Part shown: piece by piece, positions 18,678-27,506 of the stretch | How the letters are laid out: each line of letters starts with the position of its first letter | Numbering within the stretch: position 1 is the stretch's first letter | NCBI GenBank assembly: GCA_964626465.1 | Contig: CAZVFP010000004.1 | Coordinates: forward strand, 159,491-223,490 | Direction: 5' to 3' | Source of the DNA: an uncultured Bacteriovoracaceae bacterium | GTDB taxonomy: Bacteria; Bdellovibrionota; UBA2394 | Length of the DNA stretch: 64,000 nt | Translations under genes and position numbers: made by a program | The notes under the pieces: generated by a model | The model's input: only the letters and a program-made list of their open reading frames with translations | The model's database searches: none | What the model was told of the DNA's origin: nothing

Positions 18678-18726
18678 AGTTTAGTAGTTAGAGCGCTAGT
18701 CAGGAAGCGCCAATTCGCCTAAGTGG

Positions 18727-19923
18727 ATGAATATGTCGATACCTCGTATATTTCTAAAGGCTGGCAAAGCCGGCTCTGCTATTGGGCGCCATCCTTGGGT
18801 GCAATCATTTACCATTGATCGATCCGAATCAGAAATCGCTGATGGGGCAGAGGTAAAAGTTTGTTCCCATGATGAACGATTCATTGCTTATGGATTGTTC
18901 AATTCGAAAAGCAATATCCGCTTGAGGCTCTATAGTTGGAACGAAGAAAGCAGCATTACCGAGTATTTTTTGAGAAGCTTGGTGCAAAGTGCAATTGATT
19001 ACCGAAAGTCGGGATTGGGGTTCGTTCCTGGCGAGGCTTCGTGTCGGTGGATTTTTAGTGAGGCCGATGGATTATCGGGTCTCGTCGTCGACGGATTTGG
19101 CCCGCATCTCGTTGTTCAGATCACAAGTGTCGGTTTGTTTCAACGGCGAGAAATAATTCTGAAAACATTAGAAGAGTTGCTCAAACCGAAATCCATTCTT
19201 CTTCGCATGGATCAACCGATCCTTAAATCGGAGGGCCTGGGTGGTCAGGATCCTTGCCAGGTAATTAAGGGTGATGTCGAAGAGACAGTGATTGAGAGTC
19301 TCGGGCTTAAGTATTACGTGAATTTAAAGGGCGGTCAGAAGACAGGATTTTATTTAGATCAGAGAGACAATCGAGCTGAATTTGAAAAGTGGGTGAAAGG
19401 GCGCAGCGTCTTAGATCTATTCTGTTTCTCGGGTAGTTTTTCGTTTCACGCAGCGCGAGGCGGTGCCTCGAAGATCGTGGGAGTTGATGTGTCTGAAGAT
19501 GCCATTCAGCTGGCGAAGAGAAACGCTGAGCTGAATGATCTCGGCTCAGTCTCGTTTTGGAATTCTGACGCGTTTGAAGCGATTGAGAAGTTGGCGCAGG
19601 ATGGAACTCAGTTTGATATCGTCACTCTTGATCCACCTCGATTTGCTCCGTCGAAAGGATCAACCGAAAAGGCCCTTCGCCATTATTACAAACTTAACTT
19701 GGAAGCTCTTAGAGTTTTAGCACCTGGTGGTATTTTGGTGACTTCGAGTTGCTCGCATCAGATCAAGCCACATGATTTTAAGGCAATGGTGGCCTCAGCT
19801 ACTCGCAAGGCCGGACGACCTGCTCGAATCTTATTTCAAGGATCTCAGGCTAAAGACCATCCTGTTCATTTGTCATGTTCAGAAACGGAGTATCTCAAAT
19901 GTCTTATGATTGTTGTGGATTGA
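18727..19923 (+). CDS. rlmI: 23S rRNA m5C methyltransferase, RlmI/RlmK-type (PUA + class I SAM MTase)
   Basis: N-terminal PUA-like region, TGFYLDQRDNR, VLDLFCFSGSFS SAM-binding motif, LDPP catalytic motif. Confidence 0.75.
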   Translation: MNMSIPRIFLKAGKAGSAIGRHPWVQSFTIDRSESEIADGAEVKVCSHDERFIAYGLFNSKSNIRLRLYSWNEESSITEYFLRSLVQSAIDYRKSGLGFVPGEASCRWIFSEADGLSGLVVDGFGPHLVVQITSVGLFQRREIILKTLEELLKPKSILLRMDQPILKSEGLGGQDPCQVIKGDVEETVIESLGLKYYVNLKGGQKTGFYLDQRDNRAEFEKWVKGRSVLDLFCFSGSFSFHAARGGASKIVGVDVSEDAIQLAKRNAELNDLGSVSFWNSDAFEAIEKLAQDGTQFDIVTLDPPRFAPSKGSTEKALRHYYKLNLEALRVLAPGGILVTSSCSHQIKPHDFKAMVASATRKAGRPARILFQGSQAKDHPVHLSCSETEYLKCLMIVVD

Positions 19924-20426
19924 CCGAAGTTGTTTACCTGAAAACACCGATTGGTTGGTTGAAGGTAGAAGGTGATCATGATTTTGTGCGGAGTATTTCT
20001 TTTGTTACTCGAGGGGCACAACCGAAACTTTCTGCCTCATCGGCGGTGATGCAAGCGGGCGAAGAGCTCCGTGATTATTTCTCTGGGTTACGTCGCGAAT
20101 TTAGCTTTCCATTTTTAATGAGCGGCACTGCATTTCAAAATATCGTTTGGGGAGAGCTGCTTAAGGTGGAGTTTGGCCAAACGTCAACATATGGTGAAAT
20201 TGCCAAAGCCATTGGCAAAAGTGCAGCGAGTCGTGCGGTTGGAATGGCGAATAACCAAAATCAATTGCCGATAGTCATCCCTTGCCATCGCATTATAGCG
20301 AAAACCGGGAATCTTCAGGGGTATGCTGGAGGCCTTAAGCGTAAACAATGGTTGTTGAATCACGAGGCGAGTTTGTCTTATCTTGAGGCCACAGAAGATA
20401 AGAGATTGGGGAAAAAATATGGCTGA
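19899..20426 (+). CDS. ogt: methylated-DNA--protein-cysteine methyltransferase
   Basis: Active-site PCHR motif (IPCHRIIAKTGNLQGYAGGL) and HTH; start placed at ATG 19899 (MSYDCCG...), the ORF track extends to 19875. Confidence 0.8.
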   Translation: MSYDCCGLTEVVYLKTPIGWLKVEGDHDFVRSISFVTRGAQPKLSASSAVMQAGEELRDYFSGLRREFSFPFLMSGTAFQNIVWGELLKVEFGQTSTYGEIAKAIGKSAASRAVGMANNQNQLPIVIPCHRIIAKTGNLQGYAGGLKRKQWLLNHEASLSYLEATEDKRLGKKYG

Positions 20427-21003
20427 AATTTCGAAGGAAGATTTTAAAAAAACTGAGGACTCGGTCACGCAGATCCTCAAGTTTATTGGCGAAGATCCAG
20501 AACGAGAGGGCCTCAAGAAAACTCCCTATCGTGTTGCCAAGTCCTACGTCGAACTATGCAGTGGTTATGCTGAGGATCCCGCGAAGATTCTATCCACGAC
20601 ATTCAGTGATAGCTGTGACGAAATGGTCGTTGTGAGAGATATTCGGTTTTGGTCGTTGTGTGAACATCATATGCTTCCGTTTCATGGTGTTGCGACTATT
20701 GGATATTTGCCAAAGGACCGAATTGTTGGTTTGTCGAAGATTGGACGGTTAGTTCATTGTTTTGCGCGTCGGCTTCAAGTTCAGGAACGTATGACGCAGC
20801 AGATAGCGAATTCGATCATGGAAAACCTGAATCCACATGGAGTTGGTGTCATTCTCAAGGCGACTCATTTATGCATGGAAATGCGGGGAGTTCGCACCTC
20901 AGCTGAAATGGTGACGAGTTGTTTGCTCGGGCAGTTTCGCGATGCTATCACCCGAGAAGAATTTCTCGCGATGAAACAGTCGCCCTATCATTATTCTCGA
21001 TAG
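20419..21003 (+). CDS. folE: GTP cyclohydrolase I
   Basis: FWSLCEHHMLPFHGVATIGYLP...GLSKIGRLVHCFARRLQVQERMT are conserved FolE motifs; start placed at ATG 20419 (MAEISK...). Confidence 0.9.
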   Translation: MAEISKEDFKKTEDSVTQILKFIGEDPEREGLKKTPYRVAKSYVELCSGYAEDPAKILSTTFSDSCDEMVVVRDIRFWSLCEHHMLPFHGVATIGYLPKDRIVGLSKIGRLVHCFARRLQVQERMTQQIANSIMENLNPHGVGVILKATHLCMEMRGVRTSAEMVTSCLLGQFRDAITREEFLAMKQSPYHYSR

Positions 21004-21166
21004 CTCATCATGGCGCTGTCGCCAAACGCTCATCTGTTTCGTTGCCAGCGTCACTGCGGTGCTCAAGGGTCATTAAAACCCATTCCGCTCCTCATTGCCT
21101 TGGCGCCTCGCATCTAAGCATTTCTCGACAGCGCCTAAAAACGACTTTGTCGACAGTGCCCTCATT

Positions 21167-22027
21167 TTATTTGAGGCCGATTTCTCTCAATCTCTCTTGT
21201 AGATATGATTCGGCAGTATGTTTCGTCGAAAGCCTGACATCCGGCCTGGGATGAGTAAAAAGTGGCATTGAGTAACGAGAATTTTTTGATGCATCACCAA
21301 GAGGATTGACCACTCGATGAGTTGTGGAACGATAGTATCCTTGTGACGCTTCTTGAAGCATATCGCCGACATTCACGACGATTTCCCCCCAGTTGCTCGC
21401 GACACTATGCCAATTTCCTCGAGCATCAAGAACTTGCAGCCCAGAGTGGGTCGACGCGGGTAGAAGGGTGATGAGATTAATGTCTTCATGCGCCGCCGCT
21501 CTGACGGCCCCAGCCTCTTCAGTTCCGGTCATTGGCGGATAGTGGATGATCCGCAAAAGATTTTGAGGGCTATCTTCTGACATGTTTTGCAGGGGCATTG
21601 AAAATTCTCGGCGTATAGACTCAGGAGCTTGCTCGTCAATCCACTGAAGAAGCGTTCGTCCTAGCTTCATCATTTCGTCAAAGAGTTTGTTTGTCGCTGG
21701 GCCTAATGTTTTTGGATATCCAGACCACCGATAAATGTGAAAAAATTCTTTCAAGTCTTTAATGGGAGAAGTCTTTGCATTTTCAGAACGGAACGGGAAA
21801 TATCCAGCCTGCGTTTCTTTTTCATGTAAGTATTTTAGCTTGTCGATTTCGTTTGATTGAAAAAAGTTTTTCCAATCTGCGTAAACAGTTTCAATAAGCT
21901 GAACGTCAATGGGATGATGAGTAATGACCCCGAAGCCAGTCTCTTTCAGTGACTGTGCAAAATCCTTTGCAGAAGATGTTGAGCGATAATTCACGCGTTG
22001 GATATTCATGATCAGATCCCCCTGCAA
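21167..22027 (-). CDS. 2-oxoglutarate/Fe(II)-dependent oxygenase (isopenicillin-N-synthase-like family)
   Basis: N-terminal DIOX_N-like region and an H-x-D...H facial triad candidate (HEDINLITLL ... HRV); substrate unknown. Confidence 0.65.
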   Translation of the reverse strand: MQGDLIMNIQRVNYRSTSSAKDFAQSLKETGFGVITHHPIDVQLIETVYADWKNFFQSNEIDKLKYLHEKETQAGYFPFRSENAKTSPIKDLKEFFHIYRWSGYPKTLGPATNKLFDEMMKLGRTLLQWIDEQAPESIRREFSMPLQNMSEDSPQNLLRIIHYPPMTGTEEAGAVRAAAHEDINLITLLPASTHSGLQVLDARGNWHSVASNWGEIVVNVGDMLQEASQGYYRSTTHRVVNPLGDASKNSRYSMPLFTHPRPDVRLSTKHTAESYLQERLREIGLK

Positions 22028-22081
22028 GCTTCGTTCTAGCGAAGTTAAAGAAGAGATCTCAAGATAATTATGAGGGGGAGC

Positions 22082-23434
22082 TCATTTTTCTCTCATTTGT
22101 TTATATGCCTCTAGGGCCTTAAGTCTCGCATTTTTGTGATCAACGATCGGAATCTGCGGCTTTCGTCCCTTCAGCCACTGACGAATATATTTTTTCTCTG
22201 GATCAAATTTCTCGCTTTGAATCGAAGGATTGAACACCCTAAAGTATGGTGCTGCATCAGCGCCGCAACCCCCGGCCCATTGCCATCCCATCGAGTTGTT
22301 CGCAAGATTAGCGTCGACGAGTGTATCCCAGAACCACTGAGCCCCCTCGTGCCAAGAGATCAGAAGATCCTTTGTCAAAAACGATGCGACGATCATGCGG
22401 ACGCGATTATGCATCCAGCCAGTTGCCCAGAGTTCTTTCATTCCAGCATCCACAATTTCAAAACCTGTTTCTCCATTTTTCCAGGCTGAGAGAAATTTAT
22501 CATTTTTTTTCCAAGCAAATTTTTGGAACTTCTCATCTAAAGGTGAGTCTGATGTATGGGGAAAGTGGAATAAAATATTATGGCTGAATTCTCTCCAAAT
22601 TAATTCGCGAATAAACCAGTTTGCTTGGTCTTTTTCCGTAGGCTTCATTTTCGATGTCGCTCTGCGCCACTCTGCCAAAATCCATTTCGGCGAGAGTTCC
22701 CCAAAGTGAAGATAGGGAGAAATTTTAGAGGTTCCGGACTGTGCGGGATAGTCTCTGGATTTCTTGTATTCCAGAATGTTTGAATTCAAAAAATTTAGAA
22801 ATAATTTTTGGCCGTGGGTTTCTCCGGGCTTCCAATGATTATAGAATTCAGAATCCCAGCGAATAGTCGGCAACAGATTTAAGTCTTCTACAGTCAAAGT
22901 ATTTCGTGCAGAGGAATCCGTGGGAATCTTTCTAATTTCTCTTATCGGGAGAAGATCTGGGGATTCTGAGGGGAATGCTTTAAAATATGGAGTAAAAACT
23001 TTGTAGGGCGAATTTGATTTCGTCTGTAGCTGCCAAGGCTCTATTAATAGAGAGCCATTAAATTGTTTCACTTCGATTCCACGGCTTCGTAGCAAGGATA
23101 CAATTTTCTCATCTCTCTTGAGAATGGATGGTTCGTATAGTTTATTCCACGCGACAGCTTTGATCTGGGCTTGTTTGCAGAGCTCTTCGATGATCTGAGC
23201 GCTGTTTCCCTTTTTTATAATTAACTGCGCGCCAAGTTTTTCAATCTTTTCTTTAAAATGACGAAGCGAATGGTGAAGCCACCAGCGGGATGCGGCCCCC
23301 GGGCGCCAGGGATCTTCCTCTTCCGGAGCCCAGATATAGAGTAAAAGCGCTGGTTCGCGCCGATCGATCGCCCACTTCAGTGCAGGGTGGTCATGCAAAC
23401 GAAAATCTCTGCGAAACCAGACGAGCGTCGACAT
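22082..23434 (-). CDS. phr: deoxyribodipyrimidine photolyase (cryptochrome/photolyase family)
   Basis: MSTLVWFRRDFRLHDHPAL N-terminal photolyase signature; FAD-binding C-terminal domain (WREFS..., GWMHNRVRMIVASFL). Confidence 0.85.
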   Translation of the reverse strand: MSTLVWFRRDFRLHDHPALKWAIDRREPALLLYIWAPEEEDPWRPGAASRWWLHHSLRHFKEKIEKLGAQLIIKKGNSAQIIEELCKQAQIKAVAWNKLYEPSILKRDEKIVSLLRSRGIEVKQFNGSLLIEPWQLQTKSNSPYKVFTPYFKAFPSESPDLLPIREIRKIPTDSSARNTLTVEDLNLLPTIRWDSEFYNHWKPGETHGQKLFLNFLNSNILEYKKSRDYPAQSGTSKISPYLHFGELSPKWILAEWRRATSKMKPTEKDQANWFIRELIWREFSHNILFHFPHTSDSPLDEKFQKFAWKKNDKFLSAWKNGETGFEIVDAGMKELWATGWMHNRVRMIVASFLTKDLLISWHEGAQWFWDTLVDANLANNSMGWQWAGGCGADAAPYFRVFNPSIQSEKFDPEKKYIRQWLKGRKPQIPIVDHKNARLKALEAYKQMREK

Positions 23435-23435
23435 A

Positions 23436-24827
23436 TCATGAAGTCTTTCGGTCGGGCTTGATGCCCAACTGGTGGAAAAGAGCAGACTCCAAAGTTGGAA
23501 AGAAGAATTCGTAGCCAGTCTCGAGTGCGGCTTTCGGATTCAGGCGTCGGCTCGCAAGCAGCAACTCATCAGCCATTTCGCCGGCAATCATTCGAAGGAG
23601 TGTTGTTGGAACAGCTGGCATGAGGGGCTTATTCAGAACTCGCGCAAGAATTTCTGAAAATTCTCGGTTAGTTAAAGGATTTGGCGAGACGGCATTGATC
23701 GGGCCAGAAATCGATTCAGTTTCAAGGCAATGCACAATCAAGCCAAGCATATCGTCGAGGCTGATCCAGCTCCAAAATTGATTGCCGGATCCAAGAGGAG
23801 CTCCGACGCCTTTGTTGAACGAGAAGAGCATTTTCTTGAGTGCTCCAGATTTCGGACTAAGTACGATGCCTGTGCGCAGGTTGACTGTGCGGATTTTTTG
23901 ATCACGTAGTGGGCTACAGGAGTCTTCCCATTCCTGGCAGACTTTCGATAAAAAGGTGTTTCCGGGTGGTGATGATTCAGTCCAAATACTAGTGGCGCTT
24001 TCTTGATAAAATCCAGAAGCAGAGCCACACAGAAATGAAGAAGGCTTAGTATCGAGTTTGCAGATTGCTTCAGAAAGCAGCTGTGTACTCTTTTTTCTGC
24101 TTTCAAGAATTTTTTTCTTTTGGTCTGTGTTCCATCTTTTCTCTGCAATGCTTTCGCCAGCTAAATGTATTACAGCGTCGATTGGGCTATCGATCATTTC
24201 ACGAAGTTTAATCGGATCGCGAAAGTTCCATATCAAGCATCGGTCTGTCGACTGCGGAAGGGGATGTCTCGCTAGATGGGTGATATTATGTCCGAGATTT
24301 TTGAGCAGCGGTGTTAAAGCGGTTCCGATAAGGCCAGTGCTTCCGGTAATCAGAATATTTTTTGGCTGATGCTTATATCGTGTTTGTAGTGCCAAATCGT
24401 TTTTCAAAATTGTGTGGCGATACTCAAATAGCCTGCGCAATTTTTCTTTTGCAAATGAATTGCCTAAATAGTTGGCAACGCGGCCGAGAGGTAGCTCGTA
24501 TTCAATCGAGTCCGTCAGTCGACATTGGCCGTTTTCATTTTCAAAAATATGTCGATGCCGCCATTTTGAAAAAGGGCCTTCAATCATCTCATCGCAAAAA
24601 ATTTTACCGGGCTCAACGACATCGTGTCGACCCACCCAGTTAACATGGATTGGTCCGATTTTCATCTTGGTCACGACCTCTGCGCCCAGTTCAATGCCTT
24701 TTGGCGGCGCGATGACCTCTACATCTTCCCATGGTGGAATGAGTCGAAAAAATGCACCCGGTTTCTCGTGCCATGCGTAGACTGTATTGGGAGTATGTTC
24801 AAGAAGTGAGGATCGATTAAAATGCAT
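23436..24827 (-). CDS. fusion: N-terminal SRPBCC (polyketide cyclase/dehydrase-like) domain + C-terminal TIGR01777/YfcH-type NAD-dependent epimerase with DUF1731
   Basis: C-terminal half has ILITGSTGLIGTAL Rossmann motif and the YfcH-like tail; the N-terminal ~150 aa have an SRPBCC-like pattern; 1-nt gap to phr. Confidence 0.65.
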   Translation of the reverse strand: MHFNRSSLLEHTPNTVYAWHEKPGAFFRLIPPWEDVEVIAPPKGIELGAEVVTKMKIGPIHVNWVGRHDVVEPGKIFCDEMIEGPFSKWRHRHIFENENGQCRLTDSIEYELPLGRVANYLGNSFAKEKLRRLFEYRHTILKNDLALQTRYKHQPKNILITGSTGLIGTALTPLLKNLGHNITHLARHPLPQSTDRCLIWNFRDPIKLREMIDSPIDAVIHLAGESIAEKRWNTDQKKKILESRKKSTQLLSEAICKLDTKPSSFLCGSASGFYQESATSIWTESSPPGNTFLSKVCQEWEDSCSPLRDQKIRTVNLRTGIVLSPKSGALKKMLFSFNKGVGAPLGSGNQFWSWISLDDMLGLIVHCLETESISGPINAVSPNPLTNREFSEILARVLNKPLMPAVPTTLLRMIAGEMADELLLASRRLNPKAALETGYEFFFPTLESALFHQLGIKPDRKTS

Positions 24828-25281
24828 GAGCGATTCCTACAATTTTTTTAGAATTTTTGCTCCAGCTCACTTCGAGCAATCCCGACTTCTTTAATTCAAT
24901 CTCGTAGCCAATCGCCTTGAAAAAAAAGAGAGGGATCCAATCTCCATGAGAGCAGATCACAGTGAAATCTGGCGACTCGTTATTCATCCATTCCATAAAC
25001 TGAGAGACTCGGCTGGTAATATCCTCTCTTTGAGCTCCGCCTTCATCAAGCATCGGCGTGACATGAATGGGAATGCCAAGTCTTTCAGCAAGTGGAGATA
25101 GAGTCTCTTGGCAACGGACTCTCGGGCTCGACAGCACAACGTCGACTTGCCCAGGATACGTCTTTAAAAAAAAATCCGTTAACGCGATGGCCTGTTTCTG
25201 ACCTCGATCATTCAAACCATTGTCGGCATGACGATCAATGACGTCACGATGCGCATGACGAGTGACGATAAGCGTTTTCAT
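24817..25281 (-). CDS. histidine phosphatase family protein, SixA-like (phosphohistidine phosphatase-like)
   Basis: 154 aa with an N-terminal RHA motif (LIVTRHAHRD), central SSPRVRCQET and C-terminal ICSHGD, mirroring the SixA layout (RHG...SPxxRAxQT...SH); start overlaps the ppk1 stop by 4 nt. Confidence 0.65.
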   Translation of the reverse strand: MKTLIVTRHAHRDVIDRHADNGLNDRGQKQAIALTDFFLKTYPGQVDVVLSSPRVRCQETLSPLAERLGIPIHVTPMLDEGGAQREDITSRVSQFMEWMNNESPDFTVICSHGDWIPLFFFKAIGYEIELKKSGLLEVSWSKNSKKIVGIAHAF

Positions 25282-27443
25282 AATTTATTTTGTGGAGAGC
25301 GCTCTTCTCGTGCCTGAGTGAGCGAGCTACCGATATATCCATGGTGAGCGAGCTCTTGGAACATAAACTGCACTCTGAATCCTTTCTGTCCTTTTAGAAA
25401 ATCAGCCATTGGCCAATCTTCAACTCGTTGGAGATTGTTCGGCGATCTTTTTTTCCATAATCCTTGGGAGGTTAGTTCCTTGGCCTTCACATTATCTAGA
25501 AGATAAGCAGGAATGACAACCTTCTCTAAAAATTCATAGATTCGTTGATCTAAAATTGGAAAGGCCAACTCCAGCCGCGAGAAAAAATTCCGAGGCATCC
25601 AATCTGCGCTTGATAGGTACAGAGCTTTTGAGTTGTGAAAATAGTAAATTCTACTGTGCTCGAGATAGCGATCAACGAGGCTAATGACTTGAATATTATC
25701 GCTCAGCCCTTTGACCCCGGGGATGAGACAACAAGCTCCCCTCACAATAAGATCAATGCTAACGCCGGCCTGTGAAGCTTCATAAAGTTTTTGAATAATT
25801 TCTTCGTCGACCAGGGCATTGACTTTAGCAACGATTCTCGCGCGATCTCCATTTCTAGCAGCCAATGTTTCTTGCTCAATTAGACTGAGGAGTTTGCGAT
25901 GTAGTTTTGTGGGCGCTGAAAGAAGTTCTCGAAATTGCGTAGGAATCTTGCCCACACTCACACGATCAAAGAAATGGCGAGCGTCCAATCCTATGTCAGG
26001 GCTCGATGTAAGTAATGCCAGATCGGTATAGGTCTGGGCGGTTGAAGAATTGTAGTTGCCGGTAGAAAGATGTGTATAATGTCGATAACCATCCCCTTCG
26101 CGGCGGGTGACGAGAGCCACTTTCGCGTGCAGTTTCATTTTTCCGAAACCAAAAGAGACCTCGACTCCGGCTTGTCTTAGCTCCTCTGCGATCTTTATAT
26201 TATTGAGTTCATCGAATCTGGCCCGAGGTTCAATGAGGACTCGAATCTTCTTCTGGCCTGCCGCAGTCTTCAGTGCGCCGATCATGGGTGAGACGGCATC
26301 TGTTCGATAGATTGTTTGCTCGATCATCTCAACCGCTGGATCCGCACAAGCGGCTTGAATCCAAGAAACATACGATTGAAAAGAATCATAGGGATGATGA
26401 AGCAAATAGTCCTTTGATTTTAGTCGTTCGAAAATCGAATTTTTTCTCTGAAAGGGTTTTGGAATAAAAGGAAAATATTTTTCGAGCGTTAGATCTGCTG
26501 CGGTGGGCGAATCATTCAAGAACTTGACGAGCGTCCAAAGACTTTGAAAGAGCATTGTTTTGGAGCTCAATTGGATCTGACCGGGAGATAGTTTCAGGGT
26601 ATGAGTAATCTTCGTGAGAATTTCCGGATTTGAGCCAGACAAATATTGAATGCGAATGGGTTTACCGCGGTCTCTGATTCGAACCGACGACTGCACAATA
26701 TCTGGAATAGATTCAGTGTCTCGCTCGCCAAGATCAATAGAGAAGTCCGCATCGCGAGTCATTCTCAGAACGGTCGGTGCCGATTTGAAAGAAAAAGACG
26801 TAGAAAGATGTGATGTAATCAGATCATCCAGAAAGAAAAAATAGGTATCAAGAGTCGCCTTGTCAAAATGCAGGAACGCATTGGGGATCGTTCGTGGAAT
26901 TCGAAACCAATGTTGGTTGTCAGCAACGACTCCAAGTTGCAAGTTTTCGAGAGTCGATATCTGGGCCACCGAAAAAATCTCAGGTGGATGAAGCTGGCCT
27001 AAGACATTCTTTAAAAATATTTGTCGTCCCAGCTCAAACTCAGGATCGTTTGTTCTTGGCTTTGACACGAGAATAATTTTTTTTGGAGAGAGCTCACTAG
27101 AAATTGAGTTAAATGTCTCTTCTTGCTTAGCCTGGAAGCGGTTCGTCGCCTCAAGTAGATTGGACCGAATCCGAGTCATTCGAGCTTCAGCTTTCGGATC
27201 AGTTCTTTTCAATGATGCGATTGAACGACTTAAGGATGAAATGCGAATCATGAAAAATTCATCCAAATTCGATGAGGTGATCGCTAAAAATTTTAAACGT
27301 TCGACGGGTTTGCTAGCGGATGCTCGCGCCTCGGATAGAACTCGCTCATTGAATTGGAGCCAGCTCAAATCTCTATGTATGAAGGGAATATTTCGCCCGA
27401 CAAGCAGAGAGGGTAGAGTTGGTAGAAGAACAGATGATCGCAT
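25278..27443 (-). CDS. ppk1: polyphosphate kinase 1
   Basis: 721 aa; HRDLSWLQFNERVL N-terminus; two PLD-like C-terminal domains typical of PPK1. Confidence 0.9.
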   Translation of the reverse strand: MRSSVLLPTLPSLLVGRNIPFIHRDLSWLQFNERVLSEARASASKPVERLKFLAITSSNLDEFFMIRISSLSRSIASLKRTDPKAEARMTRIRSNLLEATNRFQAKQEETFNSISSELSPKKIILVSKPRTNDPEFELGRQIFLKNVLGQLHPPEIFSVAQISTLENLQLGVVADNQHWFRIPRTIPNAFLHFDKATLDTYFFFLDDLITSHLSTSFSFKSAPTVLRMTRDADFSIDLGERDTESIPDIVQSSVRIRDRGKPIRIQYLSGSNPEILTKITHTLKLSPGQIQLSSKTMLFQSLWTLVKFLNDSPTAADLTLEKYFPFIPKPFQRKNSIFERLKSKDYLLHHPYDSFQSYVSWIQAACADPAVEMIEQTIYRTDAVSPMIGALKTAAGQKKIRVLIEPRARFDELNNIKIAEELRQAGVEVSFGFGKMKLHAKVALVTRREGDGYRHYTHLSTGNYNSSTAQTYTDLALLTSSPDIGLDARHFFDRVSVGKIPTQFRELLSAPTKLHRKLLSLIEQETLAARNGDRARIVAKVNALVDEEIIQKLYEASQAGVSIDLIVRGACCLIPGVKGLSDNIQVISLVDRYLEHSRIYYFHNSKALYLSSADWMPRNFFSRLELAFPILDQRIYEFLEKVVIPAYLLDNVKAKELTSQGLWKKRSPNNLQRVEDWPMADFLKGQKGFRVQFMFQELAHHGYIGSSLTQAREERSPQNKL

Positions 27444-27506
27444 AGTACACAGAACTAAAAAAAATTACCTGCTTGTACGCTAGCATGTTACTCTTGAATC
27501 AGCAAA

